From contig CAWFGE010000012.1 of the NCBI GenBank assembly GCA_963815195.1, positions 160,001-224,000 of the forward strand: DNA of 64,000 nucleotides, written 5' to 3'. The notes under the pieces were generated by a model, which had not been told where the DNA came from, did not search any database, and worked only from the letters and a program-made list of their open reading frames with translations. This DNA comes from an uncultured Planctomycetaceae bacterium. GTDB taxonomy: Bacteria > Planctomycetota > Planctomycetia > Planctomycetales > Planctomycetaceae. Numbering within the stretch: the stretch's first letter is position 1; each line of letters begins with the position of its first letter. A program made the position numbers and the translations under genes. Of this stretch, positions 63,943 to 64,000 are shown piece by piece.

Positions 63943-64000
63943 AGTGGTCTGTCACCTCGAATAAATATTAGCCTTCCATCAAAAGACGCCGCTGATCGTT

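Noticed and set aside
1..64000. CRISPR array or integron cassette array
   Set aside because: No run of three or more regularly spaced repeats, no cas or intI gene, no attC-type GTTRRRY cores recognised

Overview
GC-rich bacterial chromosome segment, almost certainly a Planctomycete (DUF1559 pilin-like gene, planctomycete ECF sigma/Ser-Thr kinase pair, sulfatase, multiheme TPR cytochromes, ISAzo13-family IS, H4MPT/methanofuran-pathway kinase). About 45 genes: housekeeping (csrA, ctpA-like, ppx, pabA/trpG, gltA, pyk, moxR, tRNA-Arg-TCT) interleaved with secreted hydrolases. At least 11 genes carry single-base frameshifts, which looks like long-read consensus error. Best leads: (1) a tRNA-Arg-adjacent cassette (23.1-31.6 kb): ECF sigma + WD40 kinase + DUF1559 + two dirigent/AOC-like secreted paralogs sharing a 134-nt structured leader + double MauD-like redoxin + Tat-type 42-Cys repeat protein; (2) a probable Ser/Thr kinase-TM-tetraheme cytochrome c fusion; (3) a REP-bounded 314-bp duplication of the phoD 3' end whose junction also joins a headless low-GC toxin tip plus immunity gene; (4) a candidate sigma54-driven structured sRNA at about 38.45-38.65 kb; (5) back-to-back sigma54 promoters for csrA and a CxxGxC-repeat secreted protein. 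All family calls are motif recognition by eye; no searches were run.
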